Source of the DNA: Octopus vulgaris | Lineage: Eukaryota | NCBI GenBank assembly: GCA_951406725.2 | Contig: OX597830.1 | Coordinates: 29,016,001 to 29,080,000 of the forward strand | Length of the DNA stretch: 64,000 nt | Reading direction: 5' to 3' | In this document: positions 27,869 to 43,084 of the stretch, one piece after another | How positions within the stretch are numbered: position 1 is the first letter of the stretch | How the letters are laid out: every line of letters starts with the position of its first letter | Notes under the pieces: generated by a model | Databases searched by the model: none | Told to the model about the DNA's origin: nothing | The model's input: the letters and a program-made list of their open reading frames with translations, nothing else | Position numbers and translations under genes: made by a program

Positions 27869-28155
27869 GGCGGCGAGTCGGCAGAGATTTTAGCACGGAG
27901 GACGAAATATTTGGCGTTATTTCGTCAGTTTTTACGTACTGAGTTCAAATTCCGCCGATGCCGCCTTTGCCTTTCATCCTTTCGAGGTCGATAAAATAAG
28001 TACCAGTAGCGTACTGGGGTCGATCTACTGCGACTAGCCTCCTTTTGCAATATTTCAGGCCTTATGTCTAGAGTAGAAAACAATACTGGATCCCTATTGG
28101 CGGCGAGCTGGCAGAAACATTAATACGCCAGGCGAAATACTTAGGAGTATTTCTT
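27869..28155 (+). mobile_element. SINE family C (27869-28080) with 18-bp flanking direct repeat, followed by a second truncated family C head (28099-28155)
   Basis: caatactggatccatatt (27851-27868) and caatactggatccctatt (28081-28098), each followed by ggcggcgag. Confidence 0.85.
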
Positions 28156-28469
28156 TTGTATTATGCAGTGCCGTCCAGTCCGATGGTTCTTATATCATTT
28201 AATTCCAAAATTGGGAGCTATACCTTCCAAGAACTACCATATCACTGCATACCTTTCTCGCCTTTTCTCCAGAAAGTAGAGCGTCAGTTCTTGTAACCTC
28301 TGCCAGTAGCTTCTCTGGTTCACAGAGTTAATCTCCTTTGTCGCTGGATTGCTGCAAGTCCACCCACCAATTTGACACTTCCAAATTTCTTAACGAAAAT
28401 AATATATTTTCCGGTAGTAAGTTTATATATGTATAAATATGCATACAAATATCAACATTAATAATGATG

Positions 28470-28532
<63 letters not shown>

Positions 28533-28563
28533 AGACACACACACACACACACACACACACTCA

Positions 28564-28614
<51 letters not shown>

Positions 28615-28956
28615 TTATATATATACATGCTCCTACATGCTCACATACGTGGACAACCAGAGAGAGACATTATGAAAGAGGATGGAAGGTAAAAAATGAC
28701 AGAAAGAGATTGAAGAGGACAAGGAGATATATGAGTGCCATAGTAGGGTATATTATCTAGTTATATATAATTTTATATACGTACTTGCGCATGCGCACTC
28801 ACACACTCGCACACGCGCACTCTCACACTCGCACTTATATATATGTATATGCTCATATATATTCAATTAACTAATTTCACTGAAAGCGATATGTAGAGAA
28901 TTAGAGCTTAAGAGAGGGGAGAAAAAGGAGAGAGCGAGAGACATAGTGATACAGAG

Positions 28957-28992
<36 letters not shown>

Positions 28993-29292
28993 AGTTATTA
29001 CATGATCCATAAATGAAAAACAGAAAAACACCGAGAAAGTAGCTGTGTGAAATCGCCATTAATAAAGAAATATTGGTGCTTACAGACATGCTAGGACTGT
29101 GAATACGTGGACATTAGGACAAAAGTAGTCAAGCATGTATTCATAAAAATAAATTACTTATATAACCGTGTATGGTGCATACAGAAACCTCCATCACATA
29201 TTACAGATACCTATATCACATGTATACATATATAGATATATAACGACGAATACAAACACACGTACGTAAACATATATGTGTATGTGTGTATA

Positions 29293-29379
<87 letters not shown>

Positions 29380-29587
29380 CTATGCATGTGTGTGTGCGTG
29401 TGTATTTATGTATACGTATATATATAGTAAGCATATTTAGCGGTTCTAGTAACCGACTAAGGGATAATAGTATCCGTATTTACTATCGATATCAATTACC
29501 TGTACTATCCCTGCGCATGGGTATGCAGGCACGCTATGCTCATAGGGGACAGGTAACAACAGAATAAACATAAGTCTAACAGGAATC

Positions 29588-29782
29588 AAATTTAAATAAT
29601 CAAAGAATGGAAAAAACTTAGGATCAAAAATCAAACGAATTGAAACATATCGGTTGATTATTCTTTAATACAAATACATGGCATTACATTCTCTGTCATG
29701 TTTTTGTACTAAAAAATAAATAGCCAACCGATGTGGTTCAATTTGATTACTGATTATAAGTGTTCTCCATTTTTTGATTATC

Positions 29783-29790
<8 letters not shown>
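29588..29790. repeat. Old, diverged inverted repeat (~95-bp arms) abutting (TA)n
   Basis: Nested pairs ataatcaaagaatgga/tccattttttgattat, aattgaaacatatcggttg/caaccgatgtggttcaatt and tacaaatacatggca/tgtcatgtttttgta. Confidence 0.75.
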
Positions 29791-29842
<52 letters not shown>

Positions 29843-29845
<3 letters not shown>

Positions 29846-30154
29846 AAATGAAGAAAATGCTGACAAAATAATTTTAGTAATTTAAGTAATTTAATTAGGT
29901 GAAGTTCTTTTTACCGGTTGCGCATTTGTTATGCTTATCAAAAGATGTTTTTTTAAGAGAGATAGAGTTACTTTCTGATATATTTTTTCCTCTTATCCAG
30001 ATAAGAGGAAAAAATCTATCAGAAAGTAACTCTATCTCTCTTAAAAAACATCTTTTGATAAGCATAACAAATGCGCAACCGGTAAAAAGAACTTTCACCT
30101 AATTAAATTACTTAAATTACTTAAATTATTTTGTCAGCATCTTCTTCATTTCCT
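29843..30154. mobile_element. 312-bp near-perfect palindrome; probable fold-back Penelope-like 3' end with degenerate hammerhead in each arm
   Basis: Arms 29843-29997 and 30000-30154 with ~5 differences and a 2-nt loop (ca); the right arm has tctt-TTGATAA-gcat aacaa atgc-GCAA-ccgg-TA-aaaaga (30051-30090). Confidence 0.75.
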
Positions 30155-30199
30155 TTTTTATATATCACAACTCGTGTTCCACATCTCCTTTTTAAATAT

Positions 30200-30710
30200 A
30201 TATATATGTATCCACACCCCACCCTTGCTTTCCACAGTCTCGCCTCCCCCACCTCCCAACACCATTACACCACACCACACACCTCTATACCTTACACCAC
30301 CATACCATACAACATATCACATCACAACACACCACCACGCACACATCAGCACTGACCACTTCGCAGAGCCACATTTTCACACCTTCACATACACACATGC
30401 AAACGTCAAGATCACCAGCGTTCTTCCACACGCACATACAAACTCTTATACAGACGCACGCGCACCTTTATTTTGGGATCACCACTACTTTATTATCTCC
30501 CCTTCTCCCTGTGTGAGGCTTCTGTCCAGTATTCGCCATGATAGATCACTAGCCACTACACATTCTTTATTTTCTCTCCTTGTTTCTTTCTGTGTGCCTT
30601 TCTGTGGAAGAGCGTAGGCTTGAAACATTAAAGACTTTTTCACTTCCCGAGAGTTATACTAATACATCTGTCTTCGTCTTTTGTTTTCTTTTTGTGAATT
30701 CTCCCTATAT
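30200..30710 (+). mobile_element. Probable Penelope-like 3' region with degenerate hammerhead at 30598-30633
   Basis: cttt-CTGTGGA-agagcgtaggctt-GAAA-cat-TA-aag, then a T-rich tail ending in tatatatat; homologous to 10775-10925. Confidence 0.55.
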
Positions 30711-31724
30711 ATATATTCCCATGTAAGTATGCAAGAATGCATGTTAGCATGTATTTATGCATATATATATATATTTGTGTGTGTGTGTGTATTATAATTT
30801 GTCCTGCCGAGAATAATATACTATGTGATGATTCTTTTGCTGTCACAAATTGGTTTTAAAGACAAATAGCGATTTTATATCCTATTGTCCATTTATGAAT
30901 TTCTGATCAAGGAAAGCGCACGCCTAAACAAGAACTACAAATATATTAAATGCATCAGCAAATAAGCCTTTTTTCTCAGGAAAAACAGCAACAGTAACAA
31001 CATCATTAAACAATAATAAATATATTATTTTCTAACAATCATATGTGCTTCATTCGCAGGAGTTTTTTCGTCATACAAAGTATATAGCTACGCGCAATAT
31101 AGAACTCTGAGGAATTATTCTTGTTTACCACAAATTTCGATGTGGCCGCTATCGTTGTTCTAGAAGTTGATTAACATGACATCAACCAGATCGGTCTGAC
31201 CTATGATCATATGCTTTACACCCGTGACCATCCCGCTTTTATATAATTTGTAGATTTCCCCTATATGTCGTTTGTAGGTTTCCTCTCTTCATTTAAAGCA
31301 ATTGCTTGTTATTTGTAGCATTTTTGCCTCTGTTCCTGGCAAGTCATTAAGAGAGGAAATCACGTCTTGCTCACTGTCACTTAGAAGCGTCTGTATCATT
31401 TTTCTTGTTTTTCTTGAAGTGTTTTCTCGGACTTGTTCTATAGAAGGAAAAGACAGACAACCCACGTGCCATCTGTTCGGAGAGCTGAAAGTCCTTCATT
31501 AGTCAATTAATTCATTTACAGATTTTAGTGGAACTCTTGTAGCTATTTCTAGATGAGTGTTGACCATTTTATTTTTCGGTTCAGTCCACTTTTGAAAGTA
31601 TTCACTTCCAATGGGCTAAGATATGGCCTAAGATATTTCAAAATAAAAATTCTGTTACGTACAATGCATCGGTTTAACATCTCAACTAGCGGGCTTCACA
31701 CATATCATGACTATTATACGTTAC

Positions 31725-32089
31725 AAGTGGTTAGGTCAGTAGACTCGCGGTCGTATGACCGCGGTTTCGATTTCCAGACCGGGCGTTGTGAGTGTTTATT
31801 GAACGAAAACATCTAAAGTTACACAAGGCTCCGGCAGGTGGTGATCGTGGAAACCTGCTGTACCCTTTCACCACAACTTTCTCTCACACTTTCTTCCTGT
31901 TTTGTTGTACCTTTATTTCACAGGAGAAGCCTTATCACACTTTCTGTCACGCTGAATCTCCCCGAGAACTACGTTAGAGGGACACGTGTTTGTGGAGTGT
32001 TCAGCCACTTACAGGTTAATTTAACGAGCAGGCTGTTCCATAAATCGGATCAACTGAAACCCTCATCTTCGTAACCGACGGAGTGCCAC
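31725..32089 (+). mobile_element. SINE family B (tRNA-Arg-like)
   Basis: Colinear with the reverse complement of 3365-3740, ending cgtaaccgacggagtgcc. Confidence 0.9.
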
Positions 32090-32351
32090 GATACTTTACC
32101 GATACCTAGCTTGCCTGAAAATATGGCAAATGGGGCTAGTCGAAGTTTAGTGGGCAGTGGTTGAAATCTCGGAACATAGATTTCAAATAGGAATTACCAA
32201 GAAACAATTCAGTCCTGCGTTTATTTATACACCTGCACGCTTATGCAATAACACCACCACCACCACCACCACCACCACCACCCTCCACTCACCTATACAC
32301 ACACTTAAACATACATATACAACACATTCACACAGAACACTATATATATAT

Positions 32352-32550
32352 TTACTCTTTTATTTGTTTCAGTCACTTCACTGCGGCCATGCTGGAGCAC
32401 CGCCTTTAGTTGAAGAAATCGACCTCAAGACTTACACTTTGTAAGCCTAGTATTTATCCTATCGGACTCTTTTGACTAACCGCTAAATTATGGGGACGTA
32501 AACACACCCACATCGGTTATCAAGTCGTGGTGGGGGAGAAGACAAACACA

Positions 32551-32618
<68 letters not shown>

Positions 32619-32748
32619 GAAGGGCTTCCTTTAGTTTCCGTTCACCAAATCTATTCACAAGGCTTTGATCGGCCCGAGGTTATAGTAGGAAACACTTGCC
32701 CAAGGTTCCACGCTGAGGGACTGATCTAGCTACTTACAACACAGCCGC
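32352..32748 (-). mobile_element. SINE family A, near full length
   Basis: Tail, internal (CA)n/(TA)n and aacacttgcccaagg CORE-like motif in reverse orientation. Confidence 0.85.
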
Positions 32749-33046
32749 TTCTTATTCACAGGACACAATGCATGTCTTTAAGTGCTATTAGTAGTTTTAT
32801 ACGTTCAGAAATATCTAAACAAATTTCATAAAGCACAAACTACACATCAATACTTTTAGTTCGTTATGATATGTGGTTTATGCCTGATGAATATGTTTCA
32901 GATATTTCTCACCATTTGAAAGTATTAGGAGCATATAAAGAGATATATTGTCTACTTTCAATAAATAATATTTATCCCTCACCAGTTGGAGTACTTGTTT
33001 TGTTGATCTTTCTATGACGCCTGTCTCTGTCTTTCTTTTTCACTCT

Positions 33047-33116
<70 letters not shown>

Positions 33117-34469
33117 CACACACATTTATATATACATACATAGGTAAGTGCCTGTGCTTGTGTGTGTATTTGTTTGTGTGTGTATGTGCTTATGGGCGTG
33201 CGCACATATATATATAATGATACCCGCACACTCACACCCGCATAAGTGACATATACTTATAGACACTGAAATCTTTCAACTTAATCTTGTATAATACAAT
33301 ATACTTTGTGAAGTGAAATACATAGCTTCATGAATTTATATACAAACTTTCCGTATTCTCCAATCTGGTACGTGGATTTAAATATCCTTTTTTTGCAGTC
33401 ATTCTTTACTGCAATCCAATTAACAGTCCTCAATAGAATTCTAAATTTAAGCATTAAGACTAACTCGGAGTAATTTAAATTACTTGTTTTAGGGCTTCGT
33501 TTACTCTTTATTTGGACAAATAAAGCAAGGATTTATAACAGACAAATAACGTACAGATAGTATTATAGAATAAATTGTATTTTGAGCGTATTTTTCAATT
33601 ACATGAAGTAAAGCGTTCACAATTGCAAATATATGCGCAGCCATGAAAATACACACACACACACATTTCTCTTTTACTCTCTCTCTCTCTCTCTCTCTCT
33701 CTCCTTGTCGCTCTCTCTTTATGTACATATGTGTCTGCTCGTGGATTTATACGCATATCTATGTGTGTGAGTATGTGCATATACGTACCATTAGATGGAA
33801 TTCATATCCTTGAAATACTTACACTTAAATTTCCGTTAATAGAATAGAGTATAAAAATGGAATTATACGTAGTCTAATTTTCCTTAATTGCTTTAAAAAT
33901 ACTTAGGCAGGTGTACATCTACTATATCTAAGCAGTAAATAACCAACAAAGAAAGCAAATACATTTTAGCGCTAATTGTTTTCTTACTGAAACTTTATAT
34001 ATAATTACTCACTACTACCCGCAGGGAGCTCCGATGATCGCAATACTCCGAATGGTTCATCTGTCAGACGTTGATAGATTTTAGTATATTTTACTAATGG
34101 AGCAAACATTTGCATCTCAAAATATTCGTTCCAAACTTGCAAGCATATGACTTCCCGACGTAAATTATTTATCTCACTTATCTTACTAATTTTATCAGAT
34201 TTATCTAACTTATTTTATTAATATTTCTTCAGGCTTCAAGATCTGAGTTCAAATGTGGATTTCGCATTTTATCATCTCGGGATTGATAACAATTGAGGAA
34301 TTGGGGTAATCAACACACACACTTTTCCGGAATTACCGGACTTGTGCCAAAATTTGAAGCCCAGTGCACACACGCGTACACGCACACACACACAACACAC
34401 GAACACACACTCCATACCAAATATATATGTGTGTGCGTGTGTGTGTGCGCGCAGTAAATGGATGTGTCT

Positions 34470-34730
34470 GTGTGCTATATGTATGTACGTATGTATATGT
34501 GTATGTATGTACCTATGTATGTATGTATGTATGTATGTATGTATGTATGCATGTATGTATGTATGTATGTATGTACGTATATATGTATGTATGTATGTAT
34601 GCATGTATGTATGTATGTATTTATGTATGTATGTATGTACATATGTATGTATGTATGTATATGTGTATGTATGTATGTATGTATGTATGTATGTATGTAT
34701 GTATGTATGCATGTATGTATGTATGTATCT
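34470..34730. repeat. (TATG)n array
   Basis: Directly visible. Confidence 0.95.
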
Positions 34731-36299
34731 GTTTCTCTCTCTCTCTCTCTCTGTATGTATGCGCAAAAGTTTCCTCATCGTTGTTATCAACAGGCTAACG
34801 ACGGCAAGAAATCCCAAACTTCGAAGACAATCTCGAAATTTTCCTCATGAAAATTAATAAATATGCACTCTGCCGATATTCTCTAAGTAATCCTTCAGTT
34901 CATTTTAATTTATTTTTGTATATAATTTCATATAGAAACAAATTTTAATGCGCATAAACTCACATAGATATATATATACATATGGGGAATATTTCATTAT
35001 TCTCGGATCGATTAACACATATCAATCGTTACGACACGAGTTCCGCTAATAATCTTAGTTATTTATTGGTTGCACTTATATTGACATGAAACAAAACGTG
35101 CAGTGAATTGTGAAGACTTAAGTAGACGGTCACTGTGGTTTGAACTCCTATATACCTCCTTGATAATGTTGCATATTTATCGAGTATAAATCATGCGCCA
35201 CCTTCTTCTGGATACATTCTTCTCGTATATCTCATGTAAATGGAAGGAAATCTTTCAAAACTGGTGGCCTTATAAGATACACAATTATGTGAAAAATTTC
35301 TCAGATTTAGGAGTTGCAAGGTTCTACTTTTACAATCAACCGCCTCATTACAGTTACCCGTAATATCAAGTGTATGGTTTAAATTATAGTGGCTTTATGT
35401 ACCCGATTTATTTTTGTTAGCAAGAACGTTCGTTATAGTCTCCTAGAAACTATTTTAAGACGGCCTTACTTTTACAGGTATGTGGAAGAATGCATTCCAA
35501 CTGAGCCTAAGAAAGCTTTCTTCAAGATTTAATGTTCCCCACGCTTACAATATTCAGTGTGGCCTTACCTTTCAAGATGATACGCATAATTTGGAAGTTT
35601 GGTTGCTTTTCTTACCTGATCATGTGAGCACGGATAAAAGTATCGTTCGTTAATGTATGTATGTTTCTTAAAGTTAATGTTTTCTTCTTCATACTCTCAC
35701 AATGTTTGTATTTGATGGAATCAAAATAAGGAAAAATAACTATACTGTGTTCTCTCCGAGGATTCCGGTTTGACTTCCGTCTCTGCTAACATTTCAACCA
35801 CAGATCCTATCTCTCATTTCTCATCCTCAAGCTCTTACGCATCTCTGCTGTTTCCTTGCTTTAAATTTTCTCTGCAAGGTGGTACATTCACGTATATTGA
35901 CTCCACACTTCTCATCACTCATTTCTCTCACCTAAATCCGAACAATAATACATTCCAATTATTCTGACTCAATATCTGTTTTCCCTATTTTTCGAAGTCC
36001 ATCTTCTGTATCTACTGATCCACAAAACACCCCCAATGGCTACAAAGATATATTGACTATATGACTTCCAGCTTTACCAGCATAAATTTCGCGTAACACC
36101 TTTCTAAATTCACAATACAGTGATACATCAAATTAACTCCTCTTGGCTTTCGAATTACTCCCATACCCGTGACATTGGCACATAGGTTTAAGGCAACTGT
36201 CATTCTGAAATGCATATACGAGCAAGTATCATAAATCCTAACTACCACTCACATTTTAGTATTATATGCATACATACATATTTACAAAGGCACCCCACC

Positions 36300-36426
<127 letters not shown>

Positions 36427-37451
36427 CATATATATACATGCATACATATATATGTATATATGTGTGTGTGTGTGCGTATATGTATGTATTATTTAGTTAG
36501 GACTCATTAAGATCAAGGCACAACAACGATAACGTTGAGTTCAAAGTGAGGCAAGCAACATTGAAGACACCAGTTGTTGGTAGAATATTATAGATACGCA
36601 GATACCAACTGCGATTTAAATCTTCGAATTGATTCTAGGTTTGGCACTTGTAGGTATAAATAGTAAACAAAATGGCGTTTAAAATTTACGATATCAGTTT
36701 TGGAAGACATTTCAGCGCTCAACTAACAGTGTCATGATCCCCACGTCACGCTTTTCTTTTTCTGCATTTCTTCATCTGCAGTGGTGCGTCGAATGCCTTA
36801 TACTTCGGATTATTTATTTAGTTTACTAGCGTTACTTCTTTTCGTTCAGTATATTATTATCTACCTATTTCTCTTCTAAAATCTTTATACTACTTCCGCA
36901 TCTGTAAAGCTAAATCCTGGTTACATTTCATGCATTTCTTTATTGATGTTGTTTTGAAACTGGGTATCTCCCGCATTAAGCACCGTTCTCTGATGTCCTG
37001 AATAAGTAATGAGCCTTATCTTGTGTCTCACGTTCAAAGACAACTAAAACTTAATGTAAGACAATTATTTATCAGCAATACTAATTCAATACATAATGTT
37101 TAATTATTCACTTCATTCCTTTATATTTAGTTGCTAATTGCAATACTAATTCCATTGCATGACATAAAATAAATACGCCGGGCTGATCTACTTGCTAAAC
37201 TCTAAATTATACATCGATGTTTAGACAAATATATAAGGTAGTGAAACTTTCGCAATGTAACCTGTGAGGCTAAATTGGTGAAACCGCTTACCGATAAAAT
37301 CACTTATATACGAAGAGCTGTTTAGAGCTGTCATGTAAGAATTTGGATGAAGTTTTGGCAGTATATATAGTGTCTTATATAAGGCATAAATATAATAAAA
37401 TACAGCATGTTATGGCGCCAAAATTCTGGTCTCATCATTACAATGGGATTA

Positions 37452-38055
37452 ATGGTGAGCTGGTGGGATCGTTAGCATACCGGAAAAAAAAAATTAGCAG
37501 CATATCATTCATCCTTGCGTTCTGAGTTCAAATCACTCTGATATCGTCTTTGACTTTCATCTTACGGGGTCGATAAAATAAGTACCAGTGGAGCACCGGG
37601 TCGGATCTAATCGACTTATCCCTCCTTAAATTGGCTGACCTTGCGCCAAAATTTGAAAGCGTTATTACATTGAGATTAAGAGCACTTGAAGGGTCATCGA
37701 ACAAAATGTGCAAAAGTATTTCTTCCGGATTTTCTCATCCCGAGTTTAAATTCTGTTTAGGTCAACCTTGCCTCTAATATTCCGAGATTGATAGAAACAA
37801 GTACCAGCGAAGAATGCGACCGATTTAACCAACTCCCAAATTTCAAGCCTTGTGCTTAGAATGATTTCAAATTTCGGCATCAGGCCAGCGATTCCGGTAG
37901 AGGTAATACATCGATTGCATCGACCCCAGTACAAATTAGTACTTATTTTATTGATCCGAGAGGATGAAAGGCAAAGTCTACCTCGGCGAAACTTGAAGTG
38001 AATACATAAAGATGTGTTTACATTGCTCGGAGTGCTAACGATTCTTCCTGTTGAC
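37452..38055. mobile_element. Cluster of three SINE family C copies: + (37452-37660), + (37680-37860), - (37868-38055)
   Basis: ctttcatcttacggggtcgataaaataagtaccag; gtcaaccttgcctc...gatagaaacaagtaccag; and reverse cgaccccagtac...tacttattttattgatccgagaggatgaaaggcaaagtc. Confidence 0.8.
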
Positions 38056-38947
38056 AATTAATATATAAAGAAGCGTATGCCTAGTAAAGGTTGATGTGCT
38101 TTCGATGGTTACGGAGTTATTTAAAAGGGAACAGAGTATTATATCTCCTGGAGAGACTTTTAGCTGCGTAGGGTAATATTCATTTATCAAAATACTTTAA
38201 CTAAAAGTTGCATAACATGTATATTCAAAACGATACTTTCATGTTAAATAAACTCAAGAAAAGATATAAAACATGCTGTCAAGAATACTGCGATATATAA
38301 AACGTTTCCTCAAATATAGATTCGTCCACAACCATGCATGTATGTTACGTAAAGTTGGTTTAAGTTTTACTTCCCCCTTGCATTGCTAACTTGTTTACAA
38401 TTTCAAATTTATCAAGAGTAATGCAATTTTGTCGTCTGCATTTCAGAACAACATGCAGGAAAGCGTAACGTCTCCTACGTTTGAGTGACTTTTACCCTGG
38501 TGATAGACAAAAAGATAGCTTCCATGACACATTTATATTTCATATGCCCATTGATAGAGTGTCGGTGATTTATTCTAAAAATCAAATGAAAGAAAACACA
38601 CATTAACCTTTCTAGTATTGTCTATAATACGATAATAACTGGGCTATAATCTAAACTAAATAAAAAAGAGAAAAAAGGAAATTAAATATTTATAATATTT
38701 TTTTTTAATATATATCATTAACAAGTGATGACAATATTTAACAATTATTCATAATGCAGACATCATACTTCAAGTTATTTCCTGATTTTAAAATCACTTT
38801 TAATATATACGCATTATATGATTGTATTTCATAGATTTTCTATTGTGGTTTTGTGTGTTTATACAATTTAGTTTTAATACAATTTTATAGAATGGTAATA
38901 TATTGTTACATTGTTGCCTATATGTCAATGTATATGTATATGTATAT

Positions 38948-39024
<77 letters not shown>

Positions 39025-39167
39025 CATATATATATTTATATTTATATCTATATATATGTATATATAGATATATGTACGTAAATATATATAACTATGTCTA
39101 TATATATATTCATATAAATATACATATATATGCACACATATATATATATACACATAAATACATTTTA

Positions 39168-39245
<78 letters not shown>

Positions 39246-39382
39246 TTTACACTATACCTGATTACTTTAATTTCCTGCTTTAGTACATGGCGTCCTACTA
39301 GTAAGGAAATATTTAAAAGTTTCATGTTCCAAAACCTAACAGGCATAGGAGATACTAATACACATGATACACTTTTCATTTG

Positions 39383-39447
<65 letters not shown>

Positions 39448-39967
39448 CTTTCTCTGTCTGTGTATCTGTCTCTGGCTGCCTGTCTATTTTTATTTCTCTC
39501 TCTCTCTCTCTCCTCATGAGCATATGTTACAGAAAACACAGTAAGGTGTTTTTATATTACAACATTAACTCTTGCACAGAGAGAAGTAAAAGTTGTTGAT
39601 GATTGGAAAAATATACTGTTTATTCATTTCCATTTGGTCAACGATGGCAAAAACCCAAATATGCCACCTCATCTTACATCAGTTGTTATGTATGGAGAAG
39701 ATTAGTATTATCAACACTGGAATCCATAATATAGTTTGCTCTTCAAAGCTGGTTGAGCACGTATGGCTTTCACTCGCACATCTCTCTTAATTTCAGTCTT
39801 TTTTCTATAAAACCACTCACGAAGACTGTAGTAAGGAGTAAGTCCACCTGTCCTCCTAGAAATCTCTCTGGTCATCCGCTTTCTGTTGGTGTTGACTCAG
39901 ACAAGTTGTAGAAGATCGTTAATCTCATAAAGCTGATCGACCAATGTCTACGATAACTCAGGAGAAA

Positions 39968-40003
<36 letters not shown>

Positions 40004-41340
40004 TAATATTTTGAGGTAGGTACTGTTTAAATTTAAGTTCTGAATATCTGAAGTGGGCTGCTGGTTGATTCGGAATGGAGACAAGGATTGATATTCGAGG
40101 GAAATAGCGACAGGGTCTGTGGGTGACGAAAATCATGCCAACACCAAAGGCGTTATAAATTATCTGACAAAATAAAATTGTTATTATTCTTCATGCTAAG
40201 ACACATGACAACATTAATATGGAAGATCTACGACTGAATTTATTCCACCCAATCACATTTTGCTTTATTCTTTATAAGAGAACTCACGACGTTTTATTTC
40301 AACAAGTCAGTTTCTCAGATATTTTCGTAGGATATGTGGAATATTTGACGTTTACTACTTCAGTTCGATGAAACCTTGTTTCTCTTGTGAAATCCTTATT
40401 TGCTTTTTAATAATTTTAAGAACGTCTAACACCATTTCAACTATAATCGATAGAATCTCTGATTGAAAATTTCCAGTCATGACCATTTTCCAGCCGTGTG
40501 TTTTTCCTATGTCGAGAAAAGCCAGCAGAAATTTATAGTATGAATATTTCATAAAACGTAGGAATGTGATTTGAACGATTTTTGGCTGTCATTCGTTGCA
40601 GGTGGCCCAACAGTTATTAGTATCGCGAAAATCATGCCTCATAGGATGGAATTGCTATATGACATGCTAAGAGGATAAACAATTTTCATAGGACTGAATT
40701 CTTTGAATCTAAATGCTTCATCCATGACCACAAACCAAGTTTGATCAACTTGGTCTACCTAAAATAACACGAAAATCTACTTCTAACGGCACCCAAACAT
40801 ATTAAAACAGAATGTATTGCCAAATCCATTATTACTGACTAAATTTCATAATAGACATGTTTGAAAAGAGGTGAACAAATTTCTGGTACTTCAGAGATCA
40901 GCTGAGATTAAGCGCAAAAAGAAACCATTTGACATCGACGATATCTCTGCGATTCCATCGTGTACTCCTCGCAATCACATATGCGCACGCACAAGCACGA
41001 GCACTTAAAAACATACATGCACGCACACGTACACAAACAAGCGCGCGCACACACACACACACATGTGGGCATACATATATCAAACCGAAACAGTGATGCA
41101 TGTGCGGTCATTCTCACTCAATCTATGAAGGAAAAGCAATTATCATTTAAAAGAATTTTTAAAATAGATGTTTTAAAATCTCACAGCAAACAAATCGTTT
41201 TATAAAAAAAAAAGTAATACTCAATTTGGAAAACGGATATTAAATATATATTTGTGTGTCCTTATTCTTATAAATAAGTAAAGATGCATACATATGTATA
41301 TATATTCATATATATATATATATATACATATGTATATATA

Positions 41341-41385
<45 letters not shown>

Positions 41386-41560
41386 TTATATATATGAATA
41401 TATATACATATGTATATATATATATATACATACATATACACATGAGAAATGCTATGTAAGTGATGTTGACGCCAAACTAACATCAGCAGCAATAACCACA
41501 TCAATTACATTAGCAACAGAAATATACCAAGAAATAATCAAAATATACTACTACTACTAC

Positions 41561-41598
<38 letters not shown>

Positions 41599-41634
41599 CC
41601 ACTAACAACAACAATGGTAATAATAAAAATAAAA

Positions 41635-41684
<50 letters not shown>

Positions 41685-41949
41685 GATAACAACAACAAGA
41701 AAAAGAACAAAAAGCTAGAGCAAAAAGCAACAACAACAACGACAACAACAACAACAATAGCAAGGAGTAAATCAAAAATCAATAGTTATTCTATCAGAAA
41801 TGATAATAAAATTGTCAATCAGATACTGATGCACTATATCAAAAGTTACATATACAAGTATACAATCGCTTGTAGAGACATAGGAAGTAATTTTTTTATA
41901 TGTATAAATGTATATATTTTATGCATGTATATATACATATATACGTGTT

Positions 41950-41983
<34 letters not shown>

Positions 41984-42253
41984 TATATATACGTACACAT
42001 ATTTATGCATGTGCGTTACCTATATACAAAAGGTATAGAAGGTTACAAAAATATGATATATTGTAAATGTCAAAATAGAAGTGAAAGTAGAAATGATATA
42101 TATTATCAACGATATAACGCAACAAATAATGAATATAATGAATACTACAAATAATGGAAAACAAACAAAAAGATGCTTGCACAATGACATACATAAACGT
42201 GTATATGGTTGTAAACTATTTACACAAACATATACATACATACAATACAATAA

Positions 42254-42313
<60 letters not shown>

Positions 42314-42339
42314 ATAGATAGATAGAGAGATATATGATT

Positions 42340-42779
<440 letters not shown>

Positions 42780-42786
42780 TTGTATA

Positions 42787-43033
42787 GTGGAGGCGTGTGG
42801 ATTAGTGGTTAGGGTGTCAGCACCATGATCGTAAGTTTGTGTTTTCGATTCCTGGACTCAGCTACAGAATGTGTTCTTGAGCAAAACACTTCATTTCAAG
42901 TTGCCCCAGTCCACTCAGCTGGCAGAAATGAGTAACGCCGCGATGGACTGGCGTCCCGTCCAGCTGGGAAACACATACGCCATAGAAACCAGGAAACGGG
43001 GCCCATAAGCCTGGCCAGGCTATAAAAGGGCGC

Positions 43034-43035
<2 letters not shown>
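42787..43035 (+). mobile_element. SINE family D, tRNA head plus V-domain-like segment, between (TA)n arrays
   Basis: gtggattagtggttagg and gtttcgattcc boxes; gcgatggactggcgtcccgtccag resembles the V-SINE conserved motif. Confidence 0.75.

Positions 43036-43084
<49 letters not shown>

Noticed and set aside
29895-30102. Mirror-image ORF pairs here and at 60079-60306
   Set aside because: A consequence of the palindromes, not paired genes.
34860-36240. Possible old transposon or LINE coding remnants
   Set aside because: No motif could be read with confidence; needs a translated search against a repeat library.
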